A stretch of 64,000 bases of DNA, taken from contig JBILOY010000001.1 of the NCBI GenBank assembly GCA_044374195.1, positions 101,883 to 165,882 on the forward strand. The letters run 5' to 3'. Position 1 is the first letter of the stretch; the number at the start of each line of letters is the position of its first letter. The notes below the pieces were generated by a model. It searched no databases. It saw only the letters and a list, made by a program, of their open reading frames with translations, and was not told the origin of the DNA. Positions 35,006-44,100 of this stretch are shown in pieces. Source of the stretch: Candidatus Nanopelagicales bacterium. Lineage in GTDB: Bacteria > Actinomycetota > Actinomycetes > S36-B12. Both the position numbers and the translations under genes were made by a program.

Positions 35006-36238
35006 ATGCGAGTAGTGAAATGGGTCAGCATCGTCGTAGCCAGCATCATCGTGATCGCCATGATCAGCACGATCTGGGTGATCTCGGCTCACAAGCTCTC
35101 GGTATCGCGCGCGCAGGCCAAGATCGCTGCCTTCTATGTGCCCCCGACTCCCCTGCCTGCCGAGCTCGGCACGGTGATACGCACTGAGCCCCTAGGCGTC
35201 GAGGTGCCCGGCGCAACAGCTCTGCGATTCCTCTACACCTCGCAGCATCCTGACGGCACCCCCGCCGCATCCAGCGGAATGATCTTCATCCCCACCGCCC
35301 CCGCTCCGGCCGAAGGCCGACCAGTGGTCGCGTGGGCGCACGGCACCCTTGGGATGGGTGATGCCTGCGCACCCTCGCGCTCCGACAAGCCGCTGGGCGA
35401 CACCGCGAACTGGCTCGATCAGATGATCAGCCTCGGCTACGTGGTGGTAGCCACCGATTACTCCGGCTTCGGTACACCCGGGCCGAACCTGTATCTCGTC
35501 GGACAAGCCGAGGCACGCGATGTGGTGAACTCCGTGCGGGCCGCGCGCAATATTCCTGAGGCCGCCGCAGGAAGCGAGTGGATTGTCTGGGGCCATTCCC
35601 AAGGTGGTCATTCAGCGTTATGGACGGGCCACCTCGCGAAGGAGCTCGCACCTGAGCTCACCTTGAAGGCGGTTGCCGCCGCGGCCCCGGCCGCAGAACT
35701 ACCAGACATCATCGATGCGCAGTGGCAGACAGCTGTCGGCTGGGCCATCGGACCCGAGGTCGTATCGTCGTGGCCGTACTACTACCCGAATCTCACCGCC
35801 GAAGGGTTCGTCTCGCCCGCCGGCCTGCGCAACACCGAACGCCTCGCGAATGAGTGCATCGTTTCCGCAGCCCTCGAGGGCTTCGTGCGCACTGACTTCG
35901 GCCAGGACTACTTCGAGCAGAAGCCCACCAACAATCCGTCGTGGGCGGCCGCGGCTAAGGACCAAACTCCGGCACCGCTGCCCGCATCGATGCCAGTGTT
36001 CGTTGCGCAGAGCATTGCCGACACCGTCGTACTGGCCTGGCCCAATGCAGTGCTGCAGAACGAGTGGTGCGCTGCAGGGTCCGATATCACGATGGCGTGG
36101 CTTGGCGTGGTGTCACATCAGGACACTGCAATGACCGTGGGGCCCGAAGCTGTTGCGTGGATCGACGATCGGTTCAACGATCGACCGACAACACGTACGT
36201 GCAATGTGCCACCGCCAGTAGCCCCCGCAGCAAACTGA
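35006..36238 (+). CDS. Secretory lipase (LIP-family alpha/beta hydrolase)
   Basis: VVAWAHGT, ATDY, GHSQGG nucleophile motif. Confidence 0.88.
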   Translation: MRVVKWVSIVVASIIVIAMISTIWVISAHKLSVSRAQAKIAAFYVPPTPLPAELGTVIRTEPLGVEVPGATALRFLYTSQHPDGTPAASSGMIFIPTAPAPAEGRPVVAWAHGTLGMGDACAPSRSDKPLGDTANWLDQMISLGYVVVATDYSGFGTPGPNLYLVGQAEARDVVNSVRAARNIPEAAAGSEWIVWGHSQGGHSALWTGHLAKELAPELTLKAVAAAAPAAELPDIIDAQWQTAVGWAIGPEVVSSWPYYYPNLTAEGFVSPAGLRNTERLANECIVSAALEGFVRTDFGQDYFEQKPTNNPSWAAAAKDQTPAPLPASMPVFVAQSIADTVVLAWPNAVLQNEWCAAGSDITMAWLGVVSHQDTAMTVGPEAVAWIDDRFNDRPTTRTCNVPPPVAPAAN

Positions 36239-36787
36239 TTACTCCGCGGTGAGTGGCCCGTTCTTGGCCTGCGGGAAGTAGTTCTGCCCGATACCCGAAC
36301 TGCGCTTAGGAACCATGACCGACCGGAACCACGAGACGATCTCGTCGCCATGTTGATTCAGGCCGCGAGTCTTCATCCGCACGATGCCCATCTCAGGACG
36401 CGATGAGCTCTCGCGCACATCGAGGCAGATCGACTCTGCGTAGATGGTGTCGCCGATGTACACCGGATGCGTGAGCTTGATGTCTGTCCAGCCGAGGTTA
36501 GCGACGGCGTTCTGGCTCATATCGATGACCGACAGGCCCAGCACCAATGCAACGGTCAGGCCGGAGTTCACGATGATGCGTCCGCCGGTGATCGGATTCG
36601 ACTCCGCCAGGTGAGCATTGAAGTGATTTTGATTCGTATTGCAGGTCAGCTGCGTGAACCAGGTGGAGTCGGTCTCGGAGATCGTGCGACCGAAGGGATG
36701 CTGGTAGGTAGTGCCCACCTCGAAATCCTCGAGGAAACGGCCGAGCTGCGCGGGGACGATGTTGGTCATGCGAGCATCCTGCCGCAT
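36239..36787 (-). CDS. MaoC-family dehydratase
   Basis: GRFLEDFEVG..GRTISETD..PVYIGDTIYAES. Confidence 0.88.
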   Translation of the reverse strand: MRQDARMTNIVPAQLGRFLEDFEVGTTYQHPFGRTISETDSTWFTQLTCNTNQNHFNAHLAESNPITGGRIIVNSGLTVALVLGLSVIDMSQNAVANLGWTDIKLTHPVYIGDTIYAESICLDVRESSSRPEMGIVRMKTRGLNQHGDEIVSWFRSVMVPKRSSGIGQNYFPQAKNGPLTAE

Positions 36788-36831
36788 GAATGGTCAGTGC
36801 AGCGAGGGTTGGGGTGTGAGGTGCGCGACTG

Positions 36832-37227
36832 CTATTCGCCGTTGCGCTCGCGCCAGCGCTCTTCCATGCGATCCATGAAGCCGGGCTTGGCGGGCTTCGA
36901 TGGCTTCGACTTGGCTGCAGGCTGGCCGGACTCGCCCTCTGCTGCGGCGACAACAACCGTCTGGGTGGTGAATGCCGAATAGGTCAGCAGGGCACCCACG
37001 AGCATCACGACGAAGCCGACAACACCCAGCGCGATGATCATGGTGGCGACGCCGGCGAGCACGAGGCCCATGCCGGCAATCACTGCAAGCACGCCCACAG
37101 CAGCCTTGCCGCGCGAGGCGCGACCGGCAGTGCTCGTGCGAAGGTTGTTCGCGAAGGTGGGATCCTCGGCGTAGAGGGCACGCTCCATCTGCGCAAGAAG
37201 GTTCTGCTCATGATCGGAGAGCGGCAT
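36832..37227 (-). CDS. DUF3040 membrane protein
   Basis: MPLSDHEQ..QMERALYAEDP..FMDRMEERW. Confidence 0.92.
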   Translation of the reverse strand: MPLSDHEQNLLAQMERALYAEDPTFANNLRTSTAGRASRGKAAVGVLAVIAGMGLVLAGVATMIIALGVVGFVVMLVGALLTYSAFTTQTVVVAAAEGESGQPAAKSKPSKPAKPGFMDRMEERWRERNGE

Positions 37228-37329
37228 CGTGACTCCTTCGTTGCTAGCAGTGGTCGGCGGGAACCGCCTTGCCCATAAATATATGCGGGGATCCCGACAT
37301 TGGAAACCCCAGCACCCCCTCGTGGCGGA

Positions 37330-38568
37330 CTAATCCTCGTCGTCGACCTCGTATTCCACGAGGCGAGCCGGCCGCACGGCCTGGGCGCCGAACCGGGCCC
37401 TGAGGGAGTCGACCGCCAACTCGGCCTCCCGGTGCCCTAATTCGGGCTCCCCGAGGGCCAACTGGTGGCTCGCCTCGCCAGCGGGGATCAGGCCCTCCGC
37501 CTTGATCCCGACCAGGCGAATGCGGGCCCGCTGGAGGCCCAGGGCCTCGTAGAGCTTCCGTGAGGTGTCGTAGAGCTCCTTGCCGACGTCGGTCGGGCTG
37601 GCCAGGGTGCGTGAGCGGGTGATCGTGGTGAAGTCGGAGAACCGCACCTTCAGGGAGATCGTGCGCGCGACATACCCAGCTCGGCGCAGTCGACCACCCA
37701 CCTGATCGGCGAGCGCACGCAGGTGCGCGTGGATCACCTCGGGGTCATCGACATCACTTCCGAAGGTCTCTTCATTGCTAATGCTCTTCTCCGGCTCATG
37801 CGGGAGCACTGACCGTTCGTCGCGGCCCCACGAGAGCTCATAAAGGTGAGCACCCGTGGCATCACCGACAGCGCGCTGCAAGGTGGCGACCGGAGTGTTG
37901 GCGATATCGCCGACCGTGCGCAGGCCCAGGCGCACGAGTTGCTCCTCGGTCTTCTCGCCCACACCCCACAGTGCGCCGACCGGCAGCGGATGCAAGAACG
38001 CGATGACCTCGTTCTGCGGGATCACCAGCAGGCCGTCGGGTTTGCAGCGCGTGGAACCGAGCTTGGCCACGAACTTGCTGCTCGCGACACCGACCGAGCA
38101 GGTGATGCCCTGCTCATCAGACACGCGCGAGCGAATGAGCTCGCCAATTGAGGTGGGCGAGCCAAGGCGGCGCACGGCGCCGGAGATGTCGAGGAATGCT
38201 TCGTCAAGACTCAACGGTTCGACCAACGGCGTGATCGACGCGAAGATCGCCATCACGCCACGACTCACCTCCGCATACAAGCCATGGTCGGGCTCGATGA
38301 AGATCGCATTCGGAGCGAGCCTGCGCGCACGCGAGTACGGCATCGCTGAATGAATGCCCAGGGCTCGTGCTTCATAAGTTGCCGACAGCACGACTCCCCT
38401 GCCTGCACTGCCGGCAACCACCACGGGCAGCCCGTGCAACTCAGGGCGCGTGCGCAAGGACACCGACGCATAGAAGGCGTCCATGTCGACATGCAAGATC
38501 GTGCAGCCGGTGTCGTCGGTGCCCAGGCCGAGTGCACCCTGCTGGCGGCGCACCTGGTTACGGCTCAT
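37330..38568 (-). CDS. dinB: DNA polymerase IV (Y-family)
   Basis: HVDMDAFYASV, YEAR..G, SLDEAFLD, KPDG; catalytic residues intact. Confidence 0.95.
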   Translation of the reverse strand: MSRNQVRRQQGALGLGTDDTGCTILHVDMDAFYASVSLRTRPELHGLPVVVAGSAGRGVVLSATYEARALGIHSAMPYSRARRLAPNAIFIEPDHGLYAEVSRGVMAIFASITPLVEPLSLDEAFLDISGAVRRLGSPTSIGELIRSRVSDEQGITCSVGVASSKFVAKLGSTRCKPDGLLVIPQNEVIAFLHPLPVGALWGVGEKTEEQLVRLGLRTVGDIANTPVATLQRAVGDATGAHLYELSWGRDERSVLPHEPEKSISNEETFGSDVDDPEVIHAHLRALADQVGGRLRRAGYVARTISLKVRFSDFTTITRSRTLASPTDVGKELYDTSRKLYEALGLQRARIRLVGIKAEGLIPAGEASHQLALGEPELGHREAELAVDSLRARFGAQAVRPARLVEYEVDDED

Positions 38569-38669
38569 GTGCTCATCATCCTGTGCTCGCTTTCGAGAGT
38601 GCGGCATTCAACGACGGACCGAATCTCGAGGTGCTTGCAGGGGGTCGGTGCCTGGATTATTGTCCCGCC

Positions 38670-39494
38670 GTGGCAGTCATCCTCGCGTTGCTGACGAGCG
38701 TGTTCTACGGCGTAGCCGACTTCACCAGTGGTCATCTGACCAAGAGAGTCTCGGCGTTTGCCGTGGCAGGTGGAGCCGCTCTCGTGGCCGCCCTCATCTT
38801 CTTGGTCCTGGGCCTGAGATCCGACCTGATGATCTTCGACAAGGTCGACTTCCTCGCCGGCATCGTCGCCGGCGTGCTGTTCTTCGTCGGCAACATCTTG
38901 TACCTGAAGGCACTCTCCCAGGGCAGCATGGGCGTGATCGGCGCCGTGGCCACCTTGATGGTGCTCGTGCCGCTCATCTGGGATATCCGCAACGGGCAGA
39001 TGCCGAGCACGATTGCCATCATCGGGGTTCTTGTCACGCTGACCGGCATCATCCTTCTCGGCGCTCCGGAGATGAAGGGGGGCGCCTCCCTCGGCCCGGT
39101 TTTCCTGGCATCGATCGCCGCACTGTTCTTCGGGATCTCGCAGGTGGCATTGAATCTTGGCAGCCAGGCCAATGTTCTCGGAACGGTCTTCCTGACTGAG
39201 CTCGTGACCGTGGTGATCGTCGTGGTGCTCGCACTGTTCGCGCGTTCCACCGGCGGAATGGACAAGAAGGCGGTGCCGCTGATTCTGGCCATCGGACTTC
39301 TCGAGGCCCTGGCCCTGCTCAGTTTCTCCACGGCCACGACCGGTGGCAACGTGGCCATCGTGTCGGTGCTCTCCGGACTCGATCCGATCGTGCTCGCGAT
39401 CCTGGCCTTCTTCATCGTTAAGGAGCGCATGACCCGGGTGCAGGTCATCGGCTTCATCATTGTCATCGGCGGAAGCTTCCTGGTCTCCTTCTAG
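38670..39494 (+). CDS. EamA/DMT-family transporter
   Basis: ~10 TM segments with two-fold internal repeat; start trimmed to GTG 38670. Confidence 0.85.
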   Translation: MAVILALLTSVFYGVADFTSGHLTKRVSAFAVAGGAALVAALIFLVLGLRSDLMIFDKVDFLAGIVAGVLFFVGNILYLKALSQGSMGVIGAVATLMVLVPLIWDIRNGQMPSTIAIIGVLVTLTGIILLGAPEMKGGASLGPVFLASIAALFFGISQVALNLGSQANVLGTVFLTELVTVVIVVVLALFARSTGGMDKKAVPLILAIGLLEALALLSFSTATTGGNVAIVSVLSGLDPIVLAILAFFIVKERMTRVQVIGFIIVIGGSFLVSF

Positions 39495-39514
39495 CCGAGC
39501 GCCTTCGCGGTAAG

Positions 39515-42500
39515 TCATTCGCTAGCACCGGGGCTGCGATGCCAGAGCGCTGACGAGGGCTTGCGCACATCGCCGCCGGCCGGCCGCACGTCGGCATACG
39601 GCGACTGGCGGTAGCCACTGGAGTGCACGAGCACTCGCCTGCGCGAGGTGTCGACTTCGGGCTGGTCACCGTCGATCATCTGCCATACCGCGGCTGCGCC
39701 ACCGGCCCGCCAGACCTCGCGCACCCGACCGAGTTCCCAGCAGCCGGTGGCGCGCACCGAGACCCCGCGCGGGCCGGTACGCCGTACGAATCCGCGAATG
39801 AGCATCACCCAGGAACCGAATACCTCGCTCGCGAAGTCGCCCTGGGCATCATCGAAGAAGGTGGCATCGACCGGGCCGGTGGAATCGTCGAGGGTCACGA
39901 AGATGACGCGACGACCGCTGCGCACGGGTGGGGTCTGCACCGAGACCTTCACCCCGGCGATCAGCACCTGCTGCTGCGACCTGCAGTTCAGCAGTGAATC
40001 AGCATGCGTAGCGCCGATCGAGGTCAGCAGATCGGAATAGAACTCCATGACGTGATGACTGACATCCATGCCGAGAACATCGATCTCGGCGCGTACGCGA
40101 TCAGCGGCACTCATCTCGGGCAGGCCCGACGGTGCGAGATTGGCAGGGTCGTCAGCGAGATCGAAGGTGAGTTGCGCCGTGCTCACGCCAGTGCCCATGC
40201 GCTCGAGATCAGCAACCTGCAACAGGAGATCACGCCGAGTGAGTGCACCACGCCGCTGCGTGCCGCCGAATCGATACAGCGAGTCGAAGGCTCCCGCGAC
40301 TACGAGGTTCTCGGCCACCGGCCGCGAGACGCGCGCACGATGCCACAGGTCAGCCAGCGAGGTGTACGGGCGCCCGTTGATCACCCGCTCGACTTCGTCG
40401 TCGCTGATGCCCTTCACATCGCTGAGCGGAAGGCGGATGCCCTGCTTGCCTTCACTATCGACGACGAGTCGGTAGACGTCATCGGAGTCATTGACGTCGA
40501 GACCGTGGATCTCGACACCGAAGTGACGCGCATCATCGAGAATCAGCCGCTTCGGATACATGCCCGGGTCATGGGTGAGCAGACCCGCGTAGAACGCGGC
40601 CGGGTAGTGAGTCTTCAGCCACGCGGATTGATACGTGGGCAGGGCGAAGGCTGCGGCATGGGCCTTGCAGAATCCGAAGGAGGCGAAGGCACGCAATACC
40701 TCCCAGACCTGCTCGACGACATTGAGTCGATAGCCGCGACGCAACGCGGCGGGATAGAACCAGGCGCGCACATCGTCGAGCCCCTCGGAGGAACCCATCG
40801 ATCGGCGGATCTCATCAGCCTGCGCCAGTGAGCAGCCGGTGAACACCGCGAGGATGCGCAGCACCTGCTCGTGGAAGACCACGACTCCGTAGGTCTCCTC
40901 CAGCGCGGGGCGCAGATCATCGTGCAAGTACTGCGCCTCGCACCAGCCCTGACGAGCGCGCAGGAAGGGAGTGATCATGTCGGACTTCACCGGGCCGGGA
41001 CGAAAGAGCGAGATATCGGTGATGAGATCGCCGAAGGTCTCGGGCGCGAACTTGCCGATGAGCTCGCGCTGCCCCGGCGACTCGATCTGGAAGCAGCCCA
41101 GGGTGCGCGTGGTGCGAATGAGCTCGAAGGTCGCCGGATCATCGAGCCCATCAGAGTCGAGCTCGATGACCTCACCTGTCACCCGCTCGGTCTCGGCAAT
41201 GGCATGTGCCATCGCGGACTGCATGCGCACGCCGAGCACATCGAGCTTGAGCAGACCCATGCGCTCGACGTCGTCCTTGTCGAACTGACTCATCGGGAAG
41301 CCGGCAGCGCTGCGCTCAACCGGCGTGCGATCGAGCAGCGTCGCATCGGAGAGCAGCACCCCGCATGGATGCAGCGCCACATGGCGCGGCAAGCCGTCAA
41401 GACCCTCGACCAGTGAAAGGAAGGAATCGAGCTCGCCGCGTGCGGCCATGCGACCGAATCCGGATGAACGCAGCTCGGGAAGATCGGCAAGCGCTGCACG
41501 CGCCTTACTGGCACGAATATGCGGGAACGACTTTGCGAAAGCACCGACCTCACCTGGTGGCATGCCGAGTGCTGCTCCGACATCGCGGATCGCGTGACGC
41601 ACCCGGTAGGTCTCCATCATCGACACGCAGGCGCAGCGCTCCTCGCCGAACCGCTCGAGGATCCAGTCGTAGATCTCCTCGCGACGCGCGGACTCGACAT
41701 CGATGTCAATATCGGGCAGTTCGCGCCGCAGCGGAGAGAGAAAGCGTTCCATCAGCAGCCCGTGGCGAATCGGGTCAACGCCTGAGATACCAAGCAGATG
41801 ATTGACGAGACTGCCAGCACCGGAGCCTCGTGCGGCCACGCGCACACCACGATCACGAATCAACGCCACCACTTCAGCGACCGTGATGAAGTAGCCGGCG
41901 AAGCCGACCTCGGTGATCGTGCGCAGCTCAGCCTCGAGTCGATCGGCCGCCTTCACGCGCTCGCTCTCGCGCGAATAGATACGCGGAATGGCATCGAGGC
42001 AGCGCGATCGCAGCAGCGCATCGGCATCATGATCAGAAGCTTTCCCGCCCAGGGAGATCTCGAGCTCGGGAACGAAGACTCCCCCGATACCGAGGTCAGC
42101 GGCCGGATCGAGGGCACACTGCTCGGCTACCGCCATGGTCTCGTACCGCAGTGCTGCGGCGCTGGTTCCCGCAGCACGCGCAATCTCTTGCGCGATCTGC
42201 GTGAGCTCGGCTGATGACTTCAGATAGGCCTCGCCGTTATCGCGTTCGACCTGCGCGGAGGTCAGCGGAACCAGGCGCCGTGCAGCGTCGAGGACATCAG
42301 CAATACGTGCCTGCTCGCTATCGCGATAACGCACCGCATTGGTCAGCACAGCACGCACCTGCTGCTGGCCGGCGAAGGCAAGAAGCCGTGCGGCATGCGA
42401 GGTGGAGTGACGATGACCTGAACGCCTGCGATGGGAGGCAACTGCAATACGCAGATCAGCGCCGAAGATCTCGCGCCACTGATCAAGTAAGCGTGCAGCC

Positions 42501-42988
42501 GCGCGCTCGCCCTGGGCATGTAGCTGCTGGGCAACCTCGGAGTCGGCACCGAGGAGAGCGATAACACCTGCGTGATGCTCACCGAGTGCTTCATAGCTGA
42601 GCACGGTGCGACCGCGCACCTCATGCGCAGCACTGACTAGTCGGCAGAGTGAGGCCCAACCCTGTGCACCGCGGGCGAGAAGTACTACGCGCGCACTGCC
42701 CTCATCGACAAAGGCGCCGCCGCGAGCAGGAGTACGCCGACCAGCGGTGACTACGGGTGCCGCATGAGCCGACTCAATGGCCAGATCGACTCCGAGGATC
42801 GGTGCGATGCCTGCACGCTGACAGGCCAGTGCCCAGCGCACTGCGCCGTAGACGCCGTCGCGATCAGTGAGTGCAGCGAATTGCTGGCCGTGCTCGGCTG
42901 CGCGCTCGATCAATGCATCGGGGGTCGATGCCCCGTATTGCAGGGAGAATCCGCTTGCCACCTGGAGGTGAGCCCAGGGCTGTTTCAT
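39515..42988 (-). CDS. dnaE2: Error-prone DNA polymerase III alpha subunit (DnaE2)
   Basis: PHP domain, RGSGAGS, PDIDIDVES, FGFCKAHA, OB fold; C-terminus LWHRSPG. Confidence 0.93.
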   Translation of the reverse strand: MKQPWAHLQVASGFSLQYGASTPDALIERAAEHGQQFAALTDRDGVYGAVRWALACQRAGIAPILGVDLAIESAHAAPVVTAGRRTPARGGAFVDEGSARVVLLARGAQGWASLCRLVSAAHEVRGRTVLSYEALGEHHAGVIALLGADSEVAQQLHAQGERAAARLLDQWREIFGADLRIAVASHRRRSGHRHSTSHAARLLAFAGQQQVRAVLTNAVRYRDSEQARIADVLDAARRLVPLTSAQVERDNGEAYLKSSAELTQIAQEIARAAGTSAAALRYETMAVAEQCALDPAADLGIGGVFVPELEISLGGKASDHDADALLRSRCLDAIPRIYSRESERVKAADRLEAELRTITEVGFAGYFITVAEVVALIRDRGVRVAARGSGAGSLVNHLLGISGVDPIRHGLLMERFLSPLRRELPDIDIDVESARREEIYDWILERFGEERCACVSMMETYRVRHAIRDVGAALGMPPGEVGAFAKSFPHIRASKARAALADLPELRSSGFGRMAARGELDSFLSLVEGLDGLPRHVALHPCGVLLSDATLLDRTPVERSAAGFPMSQFDKDDVERMGLLKLDVLGVRMQSAMAHAIAETERVTGEVIELDSDGLDDPATFELIRTTRTLGCFQIESPGQRELIGKFAPETFGDLITDISLFRPGPVKSDMITPFLRARQGWCEAQYLHDDLRPALEETYGVVVFHEQVLRILAVFTGCSLAQADEIRRSMGSSEGLDDVRAWFYPAALRRGYRLNVVEQVWEVLRAFASFGFCKAHAAAFALPTYQSAWLKTHYPAAFYAGLLTHDPGMYPKRLILDDARHFGVEIHGLDVNDSDDVYRLVVDSEGKQGIRLPLSDVKGISDDEVERVINGRPYTSLADLWHRARVSRPVAENLVVAGAFDSLYRFGGTQRRGALTRRDLLLQVADLERMGTGVSTAQLTFDLADDPANLAPSGLPEMSAADRVRAEIDVLGMDVSHHVMEFYSDLLTSIGATHADSLLNCRSQQQVLIAGVKVSVQTPPVRSGRRVIFVTLDDSTGPVDATFFDDAQGDFASEVFGSWVMLIRGFVRRTGPRGVSVRATGCWELGRVREVWRAGGAAAVWQMIDGDQPEVDTSRRRVLVHSSGYRQSPYADVRPAGGDVRKPSSALWHRSPGASE

Positions 42989-43042
42989 CGTGAACCGCAC
43001 ATCAGTAATCGCATCTCGCCAGCAGTGAAGAAAAGGGGATGC

Positions 43043-43089
43043 CAGTGAGCTGGATTCGACACGGGAGGACGCCCGAATCCAGCTCACTG
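43043..43089. repeat. 16-bp perfect inverted repeat between the HEPN gene and dnaE2
   Basis: CAGTGAGCTGGATTCG-15 nt-CGAATCCAGCTCACTG. Confidence 0.85.
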
Positions 43090-43158
43090 ACGCACTCGGG
43101 CCCGGAGCACCCGAGGTGACTCGGCAGCGGGGGCTGCCGAAAGTTACCTAGGAGATAT

Positions 43159-43572
43159 CTAGGAAATACCGAGGATCGACACGATGCGCACGAGGAAGGC
43201 ATCCGCATCGCGTACGAGGTCATTGGCCTCACGGACGGAGATGCACTTCACGCCGGCCTCGGCGGCCGAGCGCTTCTTGGCGCTCACGGCGAAGAACTGC
43301 GACCACTCGGTGAGCTCAGGGGCAACGGTAGGCAGAACTGCCCAGACACTGCGCACCTGACGGCGGCGGTGATCGGGGCCGGTGCGAGCAGCGACCACCG
43401 CAGCAGCAGCGCGCAGTGCGCACAGATGTGCGGCGACGTAGCGCTCAGCCGGATCGGTGGAGATATGCGCCTCGGTCAGGCTGCGCCTGGCCAAGATCAC
43501 GAGGTCATAGGTAGACGTGGGAAGGCTCTGCACGGGGGTAACTACGGGTGCTGCCAGGGTCATGGTCGACAT
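43159..43572 (-). CDS. SAV_6107-like HEPN domain protein
   Basis: ERYVAAHLCALRAAAAV..SVWAVL..VAPELTEW..FA..R.AAEAG..REANDLVRDA.AF. Confidence 0.88.
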   Translation of the reverse strand: MSTMTLAAPVVTPVQSLPTSTYDLVILARRSLTEAHISTDPAERYVAAHLCALRAAAAVVAARTGPDHRRRQVRSVWAVLPTVAPELTEWSQFFAVSAKKRSAAEAGVKCISVREANDLVRDADAFLVRIVSILGIS

Positions 43573-43591
43573 TGATTTCTCCGTCTGCTCG

Positions 43592-43867
43592 CTAATCGAT
43601 AACCCGCAGCAACCTCCAGCGATCGGAGGTCACGCACAGGTCGTACACACCGGATGACCCGGTACGCGTGATGGCTTCGACCCGCCAGACGGTGCGCCGC
43701 GCCGGCGCCCCGTGACCCTTCCCGTGGTGTGACCACCACGGCACTGCCTCGACCCAGGACTCGAGTACCTCGCGCACGAGATACCGCCGACCCCGCCAGC
43801 TGAAATCAACCGGCCCCTGCCCATCCGAATGCACCTGCACCCGGCCGTAGTAGCGATGACTCACCAC
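43592..43867 (-). CDS. DUF6504 protein (resembles a stand-alone ImuB C-terminal domain)
   Basis: P..FSWRGRRYLVREVLESW...PWW..WRVEA..GVYDL..WRLLRVID. Confidence 0.82.
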   Translation of the reverse strand: MVSHRYYGRVQVHSDGQGPVDFSWRGRRYLVREVLESWVEAVPWWSHHGKGHGAPARRTVWRVEAITRTGSSGVYDLCVTSDRWRLLRVID

Positions 43868-43889
43868 TACCTCGCATTCAGATCACCAC

Positions 43890-43930
43890 CCTGAGACCGG
43901 GCCCGGGGTCGAGGCGGGCCCGGTCTCAGG
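43890..43930. repeat. 16-bp perfect hairpin in the 5' leader of the DUF6504-HEPN-dnaE2 unit
   Basis: CCTGAGACCGGGCCCG-9 nt-CGGGCCCGGTCTCAGG. Confidence 0.85.
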
Positions 43931-43974
43931 TGGTGCCACCGGGTAACCGCGACATCACCCGGTGATCGATCTAT

Positions 43975-43990
43975 TCGAACACCTGTTCGA
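43975..43990. promoter_or_regulatory. LexA (SOS) box
   Basis: TCGAACACCTGTTCGA, matching the actinobacterial consensus TCGAAC-N4-GTTCGA. Confidence 0.92.
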
Positions 43991-43998
43991 ATACGAGA

Positions 43999-44020
43999 AC
44001 AGTATCCCCCACCCCTGACA
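43999..44020 (-). promoter_or_regulatory. RecA-NDp / PafBC-type DNA-damage promoter
   Basis: Minus strand TGTCAG-N10-TACTGT fits TGTC[AG]G-N10-TANNNT. Confidence 0.7.
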
Positions 44021-44046
44021 TCGTCAATCCCCTCCCCGAAAACACC

Positions 44047-44079
44047 CCTGCCCGCCGCGGTGACCGTGGCGGGCAAGGG
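44047..44079 (-). terminator. Hairpin after the CoA-disulfide reductase gene
   Basis: CCCTGCCCGCCGCGG..CCGTGGCGGGCAAGGG followed by GTGTTTT on the minus strand. Confidence 0.55.
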
Positions 44080-44100
44080 TCGATCAGTCGTTCAGGGGCG

